Source of the DNA: Thermoplasmatota archaeon
GTDB taxonomy: Archaea; Thermoplasmatota; Penumbrarchaeia; Penumbrarchaeales; Penumbrarchaeaceae
Reading direction: 5' to 3'
Length of the DNA stretch: 21,152 bases
Assembly (NCBI GenBank): GCA_965234725.1
Contig: CBDDUX010000036.1
Coordinates: 1 to 21,152 of the forward strand
Position 1 is the stretch's first letter. Each line of letters starts with the position of its first letter. Shown here piece after piece: positions 18,003 through 21,152 of the stretch. Below the pieces are notes generated by a model, which saw nothing but the letters and a program-made list of their open reading frames with translations, did no database searches and was not told the DNA's origin. The position numbers were made by a program, and so were the translations under genes.

Positions 18003-18039
18003 CCTAGGGAGGGGATTTATTGGTTTTGGTTGAAGGACC

Positions 18040-18843
18040 TCAAACCAATTGGACCATAAGCAAAAAGATCGGGATCGAACAGAGAGCGCCTAAACCAATG
18101 GTAACGAAATTTACGGTGTTATTTGTCAGAAGTCCCTTCTTTTGAAGGGTTGCGCCAAGGAGACTATCCAGCTGACATCCGAGCCAACCTATCCCGGTAA
18201 CCAGGATCACCGGGATGATGCCTGCGGAGAGCGTATGGGGAAACCAGGTAATAATAAGATCAGATACGAAAAGGATCCCAAAGAGTGAAATGATCAAAGC
18301 ACCAATGAACGCAGCCGTATTTCCCAGAAATGATACACCTCCATCGACCCCTGGTTTGACCTTTGTCCGAGGTGAAGTTATCATTCTGGGTACATCAGAA
18401 AGGATCCCTATTTCGCTCCCAAAGGTGTCTGCGGTTGCAATTGCGATGGCCGAAATAAACATGAATCCTGAAAGGCCGTCGGCAACCGAATCCAATGGTT
18501 CTGCAAGCAAAGCTATGATAAGGGGTACTATCCCATTTGCAAGGACATTCTTAACACCCCTTTCACCACCTTTACCTTCTGAGATGCCCCTTTCCCTCTT
18601 GTAATTATATCTCCAGACCGTCACAATGTAGGATACTATAAGGAAAAAGAGGAGAAGGAAGAACCAGAAAAGGTCAGTATAGAGGATGATGATCAGTCCG
18701 ATCAAAGAAGCAAGGATCGAAGCTCTGGAATCTAGTACCTTTTTTGAATATGCATAGAAACCTAGCATAGCACATAAGGTAAAGGATATGAGCAGAATGA
18801 CCCTGTCCACATCCGGAACCAGCCAAAGAGCTACGTCGGACAT
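18040..18843 (-). CDS. DUF92/TMEM19-family integral membrane protein
   Basis: RGVKNVLANG, ADTFGSEIG, PGVDGGVSFLG, DSLLGATLQ and NNTVNF motifs. ATG 18843 is preferred over 18909 because it avoids overlap with the divergent gene and follows a TATA-like box. Confidence 0.92.
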   Translation of the reverse strand: MSDVALWLVPDVDRVILLISFTLCAMLGFYAYSKKVLDSRASILASLIGLIIILYTDLFWFFLLLFFLIVSYIVTVWRYNYKRERGISEGKGGERGVKNVLANGIVPLIIALLAEPLDSVADGLSGFMFISAIAIATADTFGSEIGILSDVPRMITSPRTKVKPGVDGGVSFLGNTAAFIGALIISLFGILFVSDLIITWFPHTLSAGIIPVILVTGIGWLGCQLDSLLGATLQKKGLLTNNTVNFVTIGLGALCSIPIFLLMVQLV

Positions 18844-18927
18844 CCCGGGTAGAAAGGGATTGTTTATTAATTGTTTTCTGAAGAATGACCCTTGCAGGTT
18901 ATTTATCATGGATGCCTATTCACATAT
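18844..18927. promoter_or_regulatory. Compact divergent promoter region (likely two leaderless transcripts)
   Basis: Minus strand: CAGAAAACAATTAATAAAC about 20-27 nt before ATG 18843. Plus strand: TTATTTAT about 22-29 nt before GTG 18928. Neither start has an SD. Confidence 0.45.
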
Positions 18928-19560
18928 GTGGACGATGAAGAGGACACCTTTTCATTCCAGAAAAAATTGGAAGGTGTCAAAACATTTGATTTCGGCGGTT
19001 CAGCCGAGGTGAAAAGGGCCGAGGGAGCCGACTGGATAGAACCTTCGTTGGATGCGAAAGTGTTCGATCTTGAAAAAGTGACAGGAACCGTTAAGGTCCA
19101 AGGATTCGAACTTGATGAACCCACCCCTCCTGATGAAGATGCCGTGGAAAAGGCCCTGAAAAGATCCGACCCGAATGCTGATTACAAACGTAATAGCCAG
19201 GACTTTGGAATTATTTGCCCTATCTGTTTCGGAAAGGGGAAATGCGTCGAATGCAGGGGTACTGGACGCAGAAGATTGATATTGAAATGCAAGAACTGTG
19301 GTGGTTCAGGAAAATGCCCCGAATGTGAAAGGGATATCGAGGTCAGGTGTCCTCAATGCAGCGAGCCGATCTCAAAGTTCTCAGACACCTGTAAGAAATG
19401 CGGTCTGACCCTCAAATGTCATAATTGTGGGTCCAACCTTCCTGCAATGGCAACCAGATGTCCATCATGCAAGACCGAGTTCAAATGCAATAATTGCAAG
19501 AAGGCCTTTCCCACTCATTTTTCTTTAAGGTGTCCCCATTGCAACCATTGGAATGGATGA
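18928..19560 (+). CDS. Multi-zinc-finger protein (DnaJ-like CxxCxGxG finger plus zinc ribbons)
   Basis: Ten CxxC motifs, including CPICFGKG, CVECRGTG and CKNCGGSG, after an acidic N-terminal half. GTG 18928 is the probable start (track gives TTG 18892). Confidence 0.85.
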   Translation: MDDEEDTFSFQKKLEGVKTFDFGGSAEVKRAEGADWIEPSLDAKVFDLEKVTGTVKVQGFELDEPTPPDEDAVEKALKRSDPNADYKRNSQDFGIICPICFGKGKCVECRGTGRRRLILKCKNCGGSGKCPECERDIEVRCPQCSEPISKFSDTCKKCGLTLKCHNCGSNLPAMATRCPSCKTEFKCNNCKKAFPTHFSLRCPHCNHWNG

Positions 19561-19651
19561 ATGAACAAAAACAAAAAACGATCGAAATAACCCCTGCGAT
19601 TGAAACCTATTAATAGAGGGTTTGTTTGTAGGGCCTCCAGGTGTATTATAT

Positions 19652-19882
19652 ATGGTAATGCCGCAAAACCTTCTTGAAAAAAGCCTAAATGAAGAGGTCG
19701 AGATCCTTTTGAAGGATGGTAGGTTGATCAGAGGGGATCTAACAGGATATGATGAATATATGAACATGGTCCTGGAAAGTGCCGAGGAAGAGAAGAGAGA
19801 GGAGAAGAAAAGGCTCGGGACCGTAATTCTCAGAGGAAACAATGTAGTTTCCATCACTCCTCTTAAAAGCCAAGCGGAATGA
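19652..19882 (+). CDS. Sm-like archaeal protein (SmAP/Lsm)
   Basis: Sm1 motif LKDGRLIRGDLTGYDEYMNMVL and Sm2 motif LGTVILRGNNV. SD AGGTG at 19639-19643 before ATG 19652. Confidence 0.95.
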   Translation: MVMPQNLLEKSLNEEVEILLKDGRLIRGDLTGYDEYMNMVLESAEEEKREEKKRLGTVILRGNNVVSITPLKSQAE

Positions 19883-20600
19883 TGGTGCAAACCACCGGTG
19901 TGATCCTGTTCTCAATACATTTGTCCACAACTTTCATCATATCACCCAATGTTTCATCAAATGGAGTCCCAAGCAGGGCGTCATTTGTTCCTCCCTGAAT
20001 TATGCAATGATCGGGGAAATGTATCACTACCTCATTATCGAAACGATTCAGGATACCATATAGAGTATTACCCGCTATCCCTCTATTTATGAAGGTCTTC
20101 CCTGTTTCCTTTGTCAACCAATAAGGAAATTGGTGTGGAGAATCCATATCAAGGTCAACAGGCCGACCGTTTCCAGAGATATCATTCCTTACCGGAAATC
20201 CCTGGGTATCTGAATCTCCAAGGCATACGACCACATCAAAATCATCAATGTCATCAAAATATTCCTTCATCAATACATCTGACAACCTTTTCTGTCCGTC
20301 AATGTTCAAGTGGGCATTATCTCCAATAGCATATACTGGATCGAGAATATCCTCTCCATCCCCTCGAGAGAAGAATTTGTATAGATCTACCACAGGAACC
20401 GATCGATTATTACATTCTTTCAGGATACTGGCGTTCATCCTCCTGATGAAAAGGGAGGTCTTCTCCCGGAAGGTTTCTGCGTCCACGATCCGTCTTTTTC
20501 CGGTATCGATCTCCATGTGATAGGTTATCTTCTCGATAATATTAATCCGTTGGGCCATATGTTTATTCCCAATGTCTGGAACCTTCGAATTTTTTTTCAT
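19863..20600 (-). CDS. SGNH/GDSL hydrolase, circularly permuted
   Basis: Block V (GDNAHLN) precedes block I (VVCLGDSDTQG), block II (NRGIAGN) and block III (IIQGGTND). SD GAGGAGG upstream. Confidence 0.85.
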   Translation of the reverse strand: MKKNSKVPDIGNKHMAQRINIIEKITYHMEIDTGKRRIVDAETFREKTSLFIRRMNASILKECNNRSVPVVDLYKFFSRGDGEDILDPVYAIGDNAHLNIDGQKRLSDVLMKEYFDDIDDFDVVVCLGDSDTQGFPVRNDISGNGRPVDLDMDSPHQFPYWLTKETGKTFINRGIAGNTLYGILNRFDNEVVIHFPDHCIIQGGTNDALLGTPFDETLGDMMKVVDKCIENRITPVVCTIIPLGF

Positions 20601-20602
20601 CC

Positions 20603-21152
20603 TTATTCCTCCTCGATTTCACTCACAATCCTATTGAATTTTACATTTTTGATCGTATTTAGCTGTTGAAGAGCCGTTTTAATCTCTTCTTCTGAAGCCC
20701 GGATATACACACCCGTTGTGGTTATCTTAGAATGGCCATAAATCGCTTGGATTACAGAAATATCAATATTCTGCTTCCTCGCATTACGTCCAAACGTTCT
20801 ACGCAAAGTATGAAAACGGAATTCTGATTCTATCCTCTTTGAGAAACTAATTATCTTGTTGTAGTAAGTGCTTTTGGACATAGGTCGAATTTGACCCGCC
20901 CAATAGTGAATGAACAAATCCCCAGGATCTTTGACATTACCTGCTTTTTCCAAGGCTTTTTCCCGTTCCAATATCCATCTATCCAGAACCCTTGGGGTAT
21001 CACTTGTATAGTAGAGATATCTATATTTTCCAAATTTTCCAATAATTCTTATCCTATCCCCAGTGAAATCAGATACCTTCATATTCATTAATCCAACTAA
21101 TCTCAGTACTTCACTAAGTTCCTCCCAGATATGATGGATTTTCGTATACAAG
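20603..21152 (-). CDS. Tyrosine recombinase/integrase, C-terminal catalytic domain (5' part beyond window)
   Basis: GKFGKYR (catalytic Lys region), FHTLRRTFGR (HxxR) and IQAIYGHSKITTTGVY (His and catalytic Tyr). Visibly AT-richer than the rest of the window. Confidence 0.88.
   Translation of the reverse strand, partial: LYTKIHHIWEELSEVLRLVGLMNMKVSDFTGDRIRIIGKFGKYRYLYYTSDTPRVLDRWILEREKALEKAGNVKDPGDLFIHYWAGQIRPMSKSTYYNKIISFSKRIESEFRFHTLRRTFGRNARKQNIDISVIQAIYGHSKITTTGVYIRASEEEIKTALQQLNTIKNVKFNRIVSEIEEE

Noticed and set aside
2027-18604. Numerous 60-175 aa ORFs overlapping the long minus-strand genes
   Set aside because: They lie antisense or out of frame within well-supported CDSs and show no recognisable motifs.
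19216-19330. DnaJ chaperone call
   Set aside because: Only CxxCxGxG repeats are present; there is no J-domain, HPD motif or C-terminal substrate-binding domain.
1-21152. CRISPR array, tRNA/rRNA genes, DGR template/variable repeats, inteins
   Set aside because: By eye I found no regularly spaced nucleotide repeats, cloverleaf, reverse transcriptase or intein motifs; intergenic gaps are short and largely accounted for.

Overview
Archaeal chromosomal window. GGAGGTGA-type Shine-Dalgarno (SD) sites, TATA-type promoters, oligo-T terminators and an Sm protein point to an archaeon, and the gene content resembles Thermoplasmatota (inference). Most genes lie on the minus strand. In transcription order they are a tyrosine recombinase (cut by the window edge), a circularly permuted SGNH/GDSL hydrolase, a DUF92 protein and bacterial-type gpmI; a 10-CxxC zinc-finger protein and an Sm/Lsm gene lie on the plus strand between the hydrolase and DUF92. 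Next comes a ~200-nt leader with four hairpins, then a 5-gene cell-surface operon: a ~1715-aa membrane-anchored DUF4129 protein with nested Ig-like, Ca-binding and GOLD-like domains, a DUF4350 protein carrying the same Ca-binding repeats, a MoxR AAA+ ATPase, DUF58 and a polytopic membrane protein. This is followed by a LolCDE/MacB-like ABC system, whose second permease appears to start at CTG, and a secreted integrin-alpha-like FG-GAP protein with an inserted discoidin-like domain. The FG-GAP gene is missing from the ORF track because it runs off the window. Domain calls come from motif recognition by eye; no database searches were run.
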